Shown: positions 39,276 to 47,733, counted from the first letter of the stretch. The stretch: DNA of 64,000 nt from an uncultured Candidatus Saccharibacteria bacterium (GCA_964450805.1 CAYVDD010000001.1:521288-585287), one strand, 5' to 3'. Notes: generated by a model from the letters alone, not told the origin. A program made the numbers and translations.

Positions 39276-40012
39276 TAAAGAGATAATCCTCCATCAATAT
39301 TAATTATTGTTCCAGTAATGAAGCTAGCTTTATCTGAAGCTAAGAATGCGACTAAATCTGCCACTTCTTCTGGTTTTCCAAATCTGCCCAGTGAAGTGAG
39401 TTTTTTAATCATTAATTTTAATTGTAAAGGTATGTTATTAGTTAATTTTGTTTCAATGAAACCAGGAGCAATAGCATTAACAAGAACACCATGTTTCCCA
39501 ACTTCTTTGCTTAAAGCTTTTGTGAAACCAATTATTCCAGCTTTGGCTGCTGCATAATTTGTTTGACCAAAACTTCCTCGCTGTCCTACTACTGAAGAAA
39601 CATTAATTATTTTTCCTTTACTTGAAATGATTAAAGGAAGACAGGAATTGGTTACATTAAAGACTCCTGTTAAATCAATATCAATTACTTTTTGCCATTC
39701 TTCTTTTGTCATTTTTGCCAGAGTTCTGTCTTTACATATTCCTGCATTGTTTATTAAAGCATTTAATCGTCCAAACTCCTGCTTTATTTCTTCAGTCATT
39801 TCCTGGCACTGAGTTAAATTTGAGACATCAGCTAAAAAATATTGGGCTTTAACTCCAATTTCTTCAATTTCAGATTTTAATTTTTTTAAATTTTCTTCTT
39901 GATAAGGGATGTCGTTTAGAGCAATGTTCATGCCTGAGGAGGCAAGTTTTAGAGCAATTGCTTTTCCAATCCCTTGAGATGAACCTGTTATTAAAGCTGC
40001 TTTTCCTTTCAT
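39275..40012 (-). CDS. fabG: 3-oxoacyl-[ACP] reductase (SDR)
   Basis: TGSSQGIGKAIALKLA, NNAG, S...YAAAKAG. Confidence 0.9.
   Translation of the reverse strand: MKGKAALITGSSQGIGKAIALKLASSGMNIALNDIPYQEENLKKLKSEIEEIGVKAQYFLADVSNLTQCQEMTEEIKQEFGRLNALINNAGICKDRTLAKMTKEEWQKVIDIDLTGVFNVTNSCLPLIISSKGKIINVSSVVGQRGSFGQTNYAAAKAGIIGFTKALSKEVGKHGVLVNAIAPGFIETKLTNNIPLQLKLMIKKLTSLGRFGKPEEVADLVAFLASDKASFITGTIINIDGGLSL
39956..40012 (-). repeat. 57-bp fabG 5' coding segment (copy 1)
   Basis: 53 of 57 positions identical to 40538-40594 by hand alignment. Encodes MKGKAALITGSSQGIGKAI. Confidence 0.85.
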
Positions 40013-40027
40013 GAATTAGTTTTTAAA

Positions 40028-40594
40028 TTATTTAATTTTTTTTGAATTTAGAGACAGAATCAGTACAACTAGAGATATTTTTAATATGTCTCCTATGATA
40101 AAAGGATATAGACCGACTGTTAAGATTTTTGAAAATCCAACAAATCTTGTCAACCACAAAAGTCCAGGAATATAGATAGAAAAGTTGGCAATTAATATTG
40201 CTAAGGTAGATTTTTTGATGCTTTTATTCCAGCTTTTTTCAAGCAATAAACCCGCTAAGTAAGCTGCTATCACAAAACCTAAGATATAGCCAAAAGTAGG
40301 GCTCATAATATATATTATTCCTCCGCCTCGAGAAAACCACGGCAAACCAATCAACCCTGCCAGCAGATAAGTGATTTGAGATACAGCTCCTTTTTGGGCT
40401 CCCAGTAAAACTCCACTCAGTAAAACAATTAATGTTTGCATAGTTACTGGGACAGGACCTATTTCGATTTTAAATCCAGCACTTATTCCAGTTAAAACTG
40501 CGAAGCCTAAAACTTGAACAATATTTTTAGTCAAAATAATTGCTTTCCCAATCCCCTGAGACGAACCTGTTATTAAAGCTGTTTTTCCTTTCAT
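40028..40594 (-). CDS. bioY: biotin transporter BioY carrying a duplicated FabG N-terminus
   Basis: From residue ~20: VLGFAVLTGISAGFKIEIGPVPVTMQTLIVLLSGVLLGAQKG...GLPWFSRGGG (BioY pattern). Residues 1-19 MKGKTALITGSSQGIGKAI copy FabG. An internal TTG about 21 codons in could be the ancestral start. Confidence 0.75.
   Translation of the reverse strand: MKGKTALITGSSQGIGKAIILTKNIVQVLGFAVLTGISAGFKIEIGPVPVTMQTLIVLLSGVLLGAQKGAVSQITYLLAGLIGLPWFSRGGGIIYIMSPTFGYILGFVIAAYLAGLLLEKSWNKSIKKSTLAILIANFSIYIPGLLWLTRFVGFSKILTVGLYPFIIGDILKISLVVLILSLNSKKIK
40538..40594 (-). repeat. 57-bp fabG 5' coding segment (copy 2, fused to bioY)
   Basis: See 39956-40012. The flanks outside the 57 bp are unrelated. Confidence 0.85.
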
Positions 40595-40598
40595 AACT

Positions 40599-41657
40599 TT
40601 AGTAAAGTTTTTCTACATTATATTGTACTTCATCTGGATGTCTTCCTGCTGTTGGAATATGTTCAATTTTAATATCTTTTAAATGTTCTGGCAAATTTTC
40701 AATAATTGCAATTTCAGCAAAGATTCTATCCAAATTTAAAGAATTAAAGCTGGCAAAAGCCAGTCCTAAAGACACCACAACTTTATCACTTCTTTGAATT
40801 GATATTCCTTCAGCCAAAGTCAAATATTCTGGCAGAGTTTCGTTTATCTTCTTAAGTAGTCTTTCATAATTTTCGTCTTTTAAAGAAAGAAAAGATTTTT
40901 TACTAAGCATCGTTAAAATATTATTAGTTGCGCCTTTAATTATTGCTTTAGGTCCAAGTTTTAATTTTGGCAGATTGATTATTAAATCATTTTCAAATGC
41001 TTGTTCTGAAATTTGAACAGTTAAGCCATTTATTTCTTTTTTTCTAAATCTGGTTTTTGCTAGATCTAAAACAGCTATTTTGTATTTTAAGGCAATATCT
41101 AAGAGCTGGGATTTCTGAGCAGAAGCTTTAATCGGCAGATCATCAAAACTCTGACCAGCTATTTTGATGTTTTTTAAATCAGCCCCGCATTGAACCAAGA
41201 ACTTGATTGCAGCCTCCATAAATTCTGGAGTTGTATTATCAGCCAGATAAGGATGCTTAGCAGATATTAATGTAGGCAAAATCAGGATTTTGGAATTTTT
41301 GTCTATTTTCAGTCCTCCAATCAGTTCAATGGTTTTTTCAATTGCCTCTAAAATATCATACTTTACTTTCCATAAAGATACAGTTTTTTTGTCTTGAGAA
41401 CATTTCAGGTCAAAATCATCGTTAATCTTGTATTCTTTAAAAGATTTCTGTGTCCAGCGGTTTCCCTGTTCATCTTCTAAAACCAAAACAAAGTAAGGTG
41501 TTTTAAGATGTAAAAGAGTTGGGATTTTTACCTTGCTAATACCAATCACTTTAGCCTTCTTGCTTTTTAATCTTTTGACACCTGAAAAACAATCAGGACA
41601 TTTGCCGATGTTGTGCTGCCACTTATTTTCACATTTGGGACATTGAAAAAATGCCAT
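40599..41657 (-). CDS. DUF35-like (Zn-ribbon + OB fold) N-terminal module fused to a DUF362-like domain
   Basis: CPKCENKWQHNIGKCPDC, then an OB-like VIGISKVKIPT...YFVLVLEDEQGNRW. The C-terminal ~250 aa (KILILPTLISAKHPYLADNTTPEFMEAAIKFLVQCGA) resemble DUF362. Confidence 0.55.
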   Translation of the reverse strand: MAFFQCPKCENKWQHNIGKCPDCFSGVKRLKSKKAKVIGISKVKIPTLLHLKTPYFVLVLEDEQGNRWTQKSFKEYKINDDFDLKCSQDKKTVSLWKVKYDILEAIEKTIELIGGLKIDKNSKILILPTLISAKHPYLADNTTPEFMEAAIKFLVQCGADLKNIKIAGQSFDDLPIKASAQKSQLLDIALKYKIAVLDLAKTRFRKKEINGLTVQISEQAFENDLIINLPKLKLGPKAIIKGATNNILTMLSKKSFLSLKDENYERLLKKINETLPEYLTLAEGISIQRSDKVVVSLGLAFASFNSLNLDRIFAEIAIIENLPEHLKDIKIEHIPTAGRHPDEVQYNVEKLY

Positions 41658-41680
41658 AGATGAATTATATATAATAGTAT

Positions 41681-42187
41681 ATGAATGTAAATGATATTAC
41701 AAAAACATATTATTTGCCTGAAAAGCTCAGGCCGGAATTAAAAAAGATTTGGGGAACAGCTATTTTGGGCAAAAATAATGAAGTTTTTAAGAAGTGTCAG
41801 AAATTTATTAAAGAAAGGGGATTTAAAAAAATAATTACAGTAGGTGATTATTGTTCTTTGTCTCTTTATTCTAATGTTAAGATCTTTGACGGCAAGATAA
41901 AAAGAGAACAGGTTAAAAATACTTTACCTTTTTCTCTGGAATGTACTAATCCTGCTGGTGTCATTAATGTGGGGGTTTGGCCGATTATTGACCAGGCAAT
42001 TAAAGAAGAAAAAAACCTTTTTGTTAAAGGAGAGGAGGATCTGTTGGTTATTCCTGCTGTTTTGCTTTCTGAAAAAGGAACTGCAATAATTTATGGCCTG
42101 CCAGACAAGGGGATTGGTATAATTGAATCTTCAGAAGAAATCAAAAAGAATTTAAAAGAACTTCTTGAAAAATTTGAAACTAGGTAA
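41681..42187 (+). CDS. DUF359/COG1909 family, archaeal-type GTP-dependent dephospho-CoA kinase homolog
   Basis: LRPELKKIWG, ITVGDYCS, FDGKIKRE, NPAGVI, VKGEEDLLVIPAVL, IIYGLPDKG. These are the motifs I associate with the Thermococcus TK1697 family. Confidence 0.6.
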   Translation: MNVNDITKTYYLPEKLRPELKKIWGTAILGKNNEVFKKCQKFIKERGFKKIITVGDYCSLSLYSNVKIFDGKIKREQVKNTLPFSLECTNPAGVINVGVWPIIDQAIKEEKNLFVKGEEDLLVIPAVLLSEKGTAIIYGLPDKGIGIIESSEEIKKNLKELLEKFETR

Positions 42188-43304
42188 GTCTTTTAAAAAT
42201 ATGAACAGTAACACTTCCTCCTGCTCCACCTACGTTATGACAGAGTCCGATTTCAGGGGTTGGATTTACCTGTCTTTTATCGCATTTACCTCTTAATTGA
42301 TTTACGATTTCATATATCTGGGCCAATCCTGTTACTGATATGGGATGGCCTTTTGCCTTTAATCCTCCTGAAGGATTAACTGGCATTTCACCATTTAAGT
42401 TTATTTTACCTGACCTTATCAGTTCTTTTCCTTTACCAATTGGCGCAAATCCTAAATCCTCATAAGAAAATAATTCTACAGAAGTAAAGGCATCATGGAT
42501 TTCAGCTACATCAATGTCGTTTGGCTTTAACTTCGCTTCTTTAAACGCTTGTTTTGCTGCTAATCTTGTTGCTTTAAAATGAGTAATGTCATCACGCAGG
42601 AAAGTTAAAAGATAATCAGTGGCAAAACCAGAACCAATAATTTCAATATCAGTTTTTTCAGAAGAAACAATAACAGCAGCGCCTCCATTAATTGATAAAG
42701 AACAATCAAGCAGCCTTAAAGGCGAGGCTACAACTGGTGAGTTTTTAATTTTTTCCAATGAAACGGGTCGTTTGTAAAAATAGGCTTTGGGATTTAATAC
42801 AGCATTTTGATGATTTTTAAAAGCAATTAAAGCCAGATCATCCATTGTAGCGCCGTATTTTTCCATATACTGCTGCCAGACCAATGCATTTTGAACAGGG
42901 AAAAGCATGCCTTCTGGCTGTTCAATTACTTTTTCAGCTGCTGACATTATATTGTCTGTTGTTATTTCGCTGATGTTGTAGACTATTCTTTCACCACTTA
43001 AAACCAGAACATTTTTAAGGCCTAATCTAGCGCCTGTCCAGGTTGCCACACCTCCACCAGAGCAGACTGAAGGAGTTTCAATAATTGGTACATTGGTTTT
43101 AAATAAATCAGAAATAAGAGATATTTTATGGGTTTGATGCTCTCCAGCAGCAGCGCTTGACATTCCTGTAAGAACAATTCCATTAATTTGAGAGATTTTC
43201 ATTTTAGAGTCCTCAAGCGCTTCTATTGCTGCTTCATAGGCCTGTTTCCACCAGGGTTTTTGAGAATAATCAAATTTTGTCATTCCTACGCCTTTAATAT
43301 ACAT
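42180..43304 (-). CDS. thiolase-fold protein (SCP-x / archaeal acetoacetyl-CoA thiolase type)
   Basis: Nucleophile context ETPSVCSGGG, AEIHDAFTSVEL, NPSGGLKAKGHPISVTG, CHNVGGAG. Confidence 0.8.
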   Translation of the reverse strand: MYIKGVGMTKFDYSQKPWWKQAYEAAIEALEDSKMKISQINGIVLTGMSSAAAGEHQTHKISLISDLFKTNVPIIETPSVCSGGGVATWTGARLGLKNVLVLSGERIVYNISEITTDNIMSAAEKVIEQPEGMLFPVQNALVWQQYMEKYGATMDDLALIAFKNHQNAVLNPKAYFYKRPVSLEKIKNSPVVASPLRLLDCSLSINGGAAVIVSSEKTDIEIIGSGFATDYLLTFLRDDITHFKATRLAAKQAFKEAKLKPNDIDVAEIHDAFTSVELFSYEDLGFAPIGKGKELIRSGKINLNGEMPVNPSGGLKAKGHPISVTGLAQIYEIVNQLRGKCDKRQVNPTPEIGLCHNVGGAGGSVTVHIFKRLT

Positions 43305-43332
43305 GTTGTTGAAATTTATCTTGTATTTATTA

Positions 43333-45042
43333 TTATTTTTTTTGAATTCCTGTCCAGCTCGCAGTTATAGATTGGCTCCCTATCACCTTACTAACAGATA
43401 AAGGTATTAAATTCGTGAAAGAGATATCAGCTTTAGTTTTTAATTTTAAACTATCCTTTACTTTTTTGATAGCTTCAATGCTTTTAGAATATCCTAATAT
43501 TACTCTGATTTTTTTAAATTTTTTAGAATCTTTTAAGATCTTTTTTGTTAAAGCTTCAGTACTATTCTGGGCTAAAACAATCCCTGTTTTTAGAACCTTG
43601 CCGTTTTTAAGCTTCAGTACTGGATAGAGCTTTATTTTATCAGTTCTAGTCGTTTGTTTGAAGTTTTCAGAAATTACATAGTGGTGTATTTTAGAAACAA
43701 AACTTTTAAGCTCTTTTAAAATATCATCTACACTTCTTTGTTCTTGTATCAGCTCAATGGATTTTAAAACAACTAATGCCTGGCCAGTTCCTGTGTTTAA
43801 TGAATCAAAAACAAATATTTTTTTGGGTTTGGAGCTTGCTAGTTTTGCTTTTACTGCTAAATCATAGCAATTGTACAGGTTTGATGAGTTTACAATACAT
43901 AAAACACTGTTGAATTTTTTAAGCTGTTTTTCAAAAGCACTTAAATAATTATTATAAGTCAAACCAGAAACTTTTACCTTTCTTTTTTTAAGCTTTTGAA
44001 AGATATTTTGATTTAATATTTTCTCTTCTGATAACTTTTTCTCACAATCAATTAATTCTATCTGGTATCTTTCAATAATCTTAGACAAAAGCATTGATGA
44101 AGTTTCAGTAACAAGCCCTACTGACACAGCTTTTATTGATTCTTCACCAACTATTTCTTTTGTTACATCTTCAATCCTCAAACTTTTTATTTCTCCTACT
44201 TCTTTTAAAACAGATCTTACTTCGTCAGGATAGTCGGTGTGAATATGAATTTTTACCCTGTTTTTAACCTGAACAATATCAATAGAATTTCCTAATTTCT
44301 TTAATTTTTCTTTTATTTCTTTTTTTTCTAAAACAGGACTCGCAATTAAAGCAACAACTTCATAGCGATTGGAAATAATCTGAATAAATCTTTTAACTTT
44401 TTCTGAAGGCTTGTCTTGTTTCTTTGCTTCTTTACTCCTGCCTTTTAAAGCTTCTAAATGGCTTTCTAAAATAATTAAAAAGGCCATCCCACCCGCATCA
44501 ACCACATTTGCTTTTTTCAAAATCTCCATTTTCTCTCTGGTCTCAAGCAGTGCTTTGTCTGCATTTTTGACTGCTTTTTCAAATACAGAAATAATATTTT
44601 TTTCTTTACCAGATGCTTTTTTAAACACTGAAGCTGCAGCATCAATAACATCTAAAATTGTGCCTTGTTGTGGATTTTGAATGCTTTCTTTGGCTCTTTT
44701 AGCACCTTTATCAAAAGCCAATGCTAAATTATTAATATCAATTATTTCAGTTAGCTTTGGTAAAAAACCAGCTAAAAAACCGGTAAAAATAACACCGGCA
44801 TTTCCCTGAGCATTGGTTAAGGCTCCGTCTAAAATTGCTTCTGATAGATCGCTAAAGGTTTTAAAGTCTTTATTTTCAATTGCTTCTTTTATTCCAAGCA
44901 ATGTTTTTGCAACATTATTTCCAGTATCCTGATCTGGAACTGGGAAAACATTAATTTTGTTTATTTCTTCCTTTTCTTTCTCAATTCTTTCATAAGAAAG
45001 AAGCATCATCTTTTTAAAATCATTTTGAGTGAGATTTTGCAT
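43333..45042 (-). CDS. DAK2-domain/DegV-like fusion protein (YloV / FakA-like fatty-acid kinase subunit)
   Basis: N-terminus INVFPVPDQDTGNNV (Dak2/DhaL), and a C-terminal DegV-like alpha/beta region, 569 aa. Confidence 0.7.
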   Translation of the reverse strand: MQNLTQNDFKKMMLLSYERIEKEKEEINKINVFPVPDQDTGNNVAKTLLGIKEAIENKDFKTFSDLSEAILDGALTNAQGNAGVIFTGFLAGFLPKLTEIIDINNLALAFDKGAKRAKESIQNPQQGTILDVIDAAASVFKKASGKEKNIISVFEKAVKNADKALLETREKMEILKKANVVDAGGMAFLIILESHLEALKGRSKEAKKQDKPSEKVKRFIQIISNRYEVVALIASPVLEKKEIKEKLKKLGNSIDIVQVKNRVKIHIHTDYPDEVRSVLKEVGEIKSLRIEDVTKEIVGEESIKAVSVGLVTETSSMLLSKIIERYQIELIDCEKKLSEEKILNQNIFQKLKKRKVKVSGLTYNNYLSAFEKQLKKFNSVLCIVNSSNLYNCYDLAVKAKLASSKPKKIFVFDSLNTGTGQALVVLKSIELIQEQRSVDDILKELKSFVSKIHHYVISENFKQTTRTDKIKLYPVLKLKNGKVLKTGIVLAQNSTEALTKKILKDSKKFKKIRVILGYSKSIEAIKKVKDSLKLKTKADISFTNLIPLSVSKVIGSQSITASWTGIQKK

Positions 45043-45049
45043 GGTTCTT

Positions 45050-45105
45050 AATTCAAAGAATCATTCTTCTTTGAATAGTTCTTTGGATAGGCTGGGCCTA
45101 TCCAA
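45050..45105. promoter_or_regulatory. two adjacent perfect 10-bp-arm palindromes in the 5' region of the FakA-like gene
   Basis: ATTCAAAGAA-N6-TTCTTTGAAT (45050-45075) and TTTGGATAGG-N5-CCTATCCAAA (45081-45105). Neither is followed by a T-run on either strand. Confidence 0.5.
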
Positions 45106-45136
45106 ACTTCAGTAAGGTTTTGACAAGGTCAGTTTC

Positions 45137-45790
45137 TTATTTAAATTTTTCTTCCAGTTCTTTAAGGATTCTGGCAGCCAGGTCTTTTCCTCCTAATCCA
45201 AATGCAATTCCAACAGAAATAGAAACAGCAGCTACCATGCCAATAAAAACAACCAAAATTAAAGAAGGGGTAATCTGAAGCTGGTATAAAACAGCCAGCA
45301 GCGCAAAAAACCAGATTCCCCAATGGATTAATCTTCCCAGAAATTTAGAATAAACTATTCTTTCTTTTTCTAATGTTCCAATAACAATCTTTCTGGAAAA
45401 GTCAGCAATAAAGGTTGCCGCAACAAATATCAGAAAAGCAATGAAAATATTTGGAAAATACTCAATCACTCTTTCAAGGAATTGACTGAATTGGGTCAGC
45501 CCCATTATCTCTGAAGATGCCATTAAAAATACAAAAATGAAAAACCATTTAACTAGGTCTCCAAAAAAATTAGTTGCATTAAAACGGACATCTATTTTTG
45601 ATAAGGTATTATCAAGACCCAATCTTTTTAAAACCTGGTTTAACCTGATTCTTTTAAGAAAAGCAACTGCCAGCTTCTTTAAAGAACCAGCAATAATGAA
45701 TCCAAATAAAAGAAACAGGATTCCTCCGAAAATAGCAGGAAAAATTTCAGCTATATTTTCCCAAACTAAATTAATTATTTCTTGAATCAT
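45137..45790 (-). CDS. hypothetical multi-pass membrane protein
   Basis: Four or more hydrophobic helices. No catalytic motif recognised. Confidence 0.6.
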   Translation of the reverse strand: MIQEIINLVWENIAEIFPAIFGGILFLLFGFIIAGSLKKLAVAFLKRIRLNQVLKRLGLDNTLSKIDVRFNATNFFGDLVKWFFIFVFLMASSEIMGLTQFSQFLERVIEYFPNIFIAFLIFVAATFIADFSRKIVIGTLEKERIVYSKFLGRLIHWGIWFFALLAVLYQLQITPSLILVVFIGMVAAVSISVGIAFGLGGKDLAARILKELEEKFK

Positions 45791-45821
45791 ATTGTTTTAG
45801 TGTTTATTTTAATCTTTAATC

Positions 45822-46397
45822 TTACCATTTTGCCTTATGTAATCTCAAGTGATAACCGAATCGATTCACTATAATATGAAGGAAAAATGTTAATATTAAA
45901 AGGGTTATCCAGACTAAATTATCAATTTTAAAGCCTGACGTCAAGGAGAAAAAAACATAAGCTCCTATAACATAATTTATTTGGTCAAATGGAATAAATT
46001 TTGCACCTGGTTTCAGATCTAATCTTCTTTTAATAAATGCGAAAAATAAGTCACCAAAAACAGCGCCAGAAGATAATAAAAGACCTAAAATCAAGATGTT
46101 AATTTTTTCATAATCAAAAAAAGAAATTCCCTTAATCCAGGAAAACTGATAAAGCCGTTTTTGAGTATAAGCTACTAAAACACCAATTATTATTCCTGTT
46201 ATTGCTCCCCGCCAGGTTTTGTGAGTTCCTAATATAGGCTTGTTTTTAAATGTTTTATTGAAATCAATAGGTTTGTCTAAAAAATCAAAAACATTAGCTT
46301 TTTTAGCCAGAGGAGGAATCATATTGGTAAAATAAGCAGGAAGAAAAAAGTATAAGCAGGAAAGAATAAATCTAAACATATTTAATACATTATACAA
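45822..46397 (-). CDS. CarS-family (DUF46) CDP-archaeol synthase-like cytidylyltransferase
   Basis: FFLPAYFTNMIPP, PIDFNKTF...ILGTHKTWRG, FGDLFFAFIKRRL, FIPFDQ, and a C-terminal ...LHKAKW. These match the archaeal CarS pattern as I recall it. Confidence 0.65.
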   Translation of the reverse strand: MYNVLNMFRFILSCLYFFLPAYFTNMIPPLAKKANVFDFLDKPIDFNKTFKNKPILGTHKTWRGAITGIIIGVLVAYTQKRLYQFSWIKGISFFDYEKINILILGLLLSSGAVFGDLFFAFIKRRLDLKPGAKFIPFDQINYVIGAYVFFSLTSGFKIDNLVWITLLILTFFLHIIVNRFGYHLRLHKAKW

Positions 46398-46455
46398 TCA
46401 AAATAATGGTAAATAAAATCATTGAAACCTTTTTGCATTGTGTTAAGATTATCAA

Positions 46456-47115
46456 ATGAAATGCGACCTGCACGTGCATACCTATTATTCCTATGACAGT
46501 AATGCTTCAGTTGAAGCTATGGTTGATGCTGCAATTAAAAAAAACATTGATTGCTTGGCTATTACTGATCATAATGAAATAAAGGGAGTGTTTGAAGCTC
46601 AACAGTATGCGCAAGGTAAGCCAATTCTAATTATGCCAGGAATTGAAGTAAAAAGCAGGGAAGGTGATATTTTAGCATTAAACGTTAAAGAATTGATTCC
46701 AAAAGATTTATCAGCAGAAGAAACTATTGAGAAAATCAAAGAACAAGGCGGACTGGCTATTATTGCCCATCCTTTTGGCGACTGGCATCCTTTTAAAAAA
46801 GATTTGAAAGATTTTGTTGATAAAGCTGATGGAGTTGAAGCATTAAACGCCTCTATTTTTACTGGCAATAAAAAAATTCAAGCGTTTGTTAAAAAATACA
46901 ACATAGCCTTTACTGCTGGTTCTGATGCTCATTATCCAAGATTTGTTGGCAGGGCTTATCTGGAAATTCCAGGCAAGAATTTATCAGTTGAACAAATCTT
47001 AGAAGCAATAAAGAATAAAAAATGTAAAGCTTGCGGTAAGGAACTTTTTTTGATTGAAAAAATAACAGAACGAATTAATAGAGGGTTAATTAGGTTTTCA
47101 AAAATCTTTAAATAA
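46456..47115 (+). CDS. PHP-domain metal-dependent phosphoesterase
   Basis: MKCDLHVHTYYSYDS, ITDHN, IAHPF, GSDAH. Confidence 0.8.
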   Translation: MKCDLHVHTYYSYDSNASVEAMVDAAIKKNIDCLAITDHNEIKGVFEAQQYAQGKPILIMPGIEVKSREGDILALNVKELIPKDLSAEETIEKIKEQGGLAIIAHPFGDWHPFKKDLKDFVDKADGVEALNASIFTGNKKIQAFVKKYNIAFTAGSDAHYPRFVGRAYLEIPGKNLSVEQILEAIKNKKCKACGKELFLIEKITERINRGLIRFSKIFK

Positions 47116-47118
47116 TTT

Positions 47119-47718
47119 ATGTTAAATGAGATAAGAAATAAATTTAAATTCCTTGATGGTATACTTGGAAAAATATTTTCTAAAACTGGATTAACAGCTA
47201 ACCAGTTTACTTTAATCTCTATTGTTTTTGCTTTTATTTCTTTTTATTTTTTAATTAATCTTAATTTTATTTTAGCTTTTGCTTTATTTATCCTGGCAGG
47301 CATTTTGGATCTTATTGACGGCGCTGTAGCAAGGAAAACAGGGGAGACGTCAAATAAAGGAGCATATTTAGACACAATTTGTGATAGATATGTTGAGGGA
47401 ATTGTTTTACTTGGATTTTTGTTTTTACCTTTAACCTATTTTCTTTTGCCTCCAGAAATCTGGATTGGTTTATCGTTTTTAGGAGGTTTGATGACAACTT
47501 ACGCAAAAGCAGCAGCTAAAGAAAAAGAACTAATAATGAAAAAGCCAGCCCCAGCTTTTTTTGGCAGAACAGAAAGAATAATTTCAATAGCTCTTGCAAT
47601 ATTCTTAGGGATTTTTAATATTTCTTTAGTAATTTATCCAATAATAATTTTAGCTATTTTTTCAAACCTTTCTGCTTTACAAAGAGTGTTTTTAAGCTTT
47701 AATTCAGATAAAACTTGA
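47119..47718 (+). CDS. CDP-alcohol phosphatidyltransferase
   Basis: DLIDGAVARKTGETSNKGAYLDTICDR fits DGxxAR..G...D...D. Polytopic. Confidence 0.85.
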   Translation: MLNEIRNKFKFLDGILGKIFSKTGLTANQFTLISIVFAFISFYFLINLNFILAFALFILAGILDLIDGAVARKTGETSNKGAYLDTICDRYVEGIVLLGFLFLPLTYFLLPPEIWIGLSFLGGLMTTYAKAAAKEKELIMKKPAPAFFGRTERIISIALAIFLGIFNISLVIYPIIILAIFSNLSALQRVFLSFNSDKT

Positions 47719-47733
47719 GCTTTTTAGAAATAG

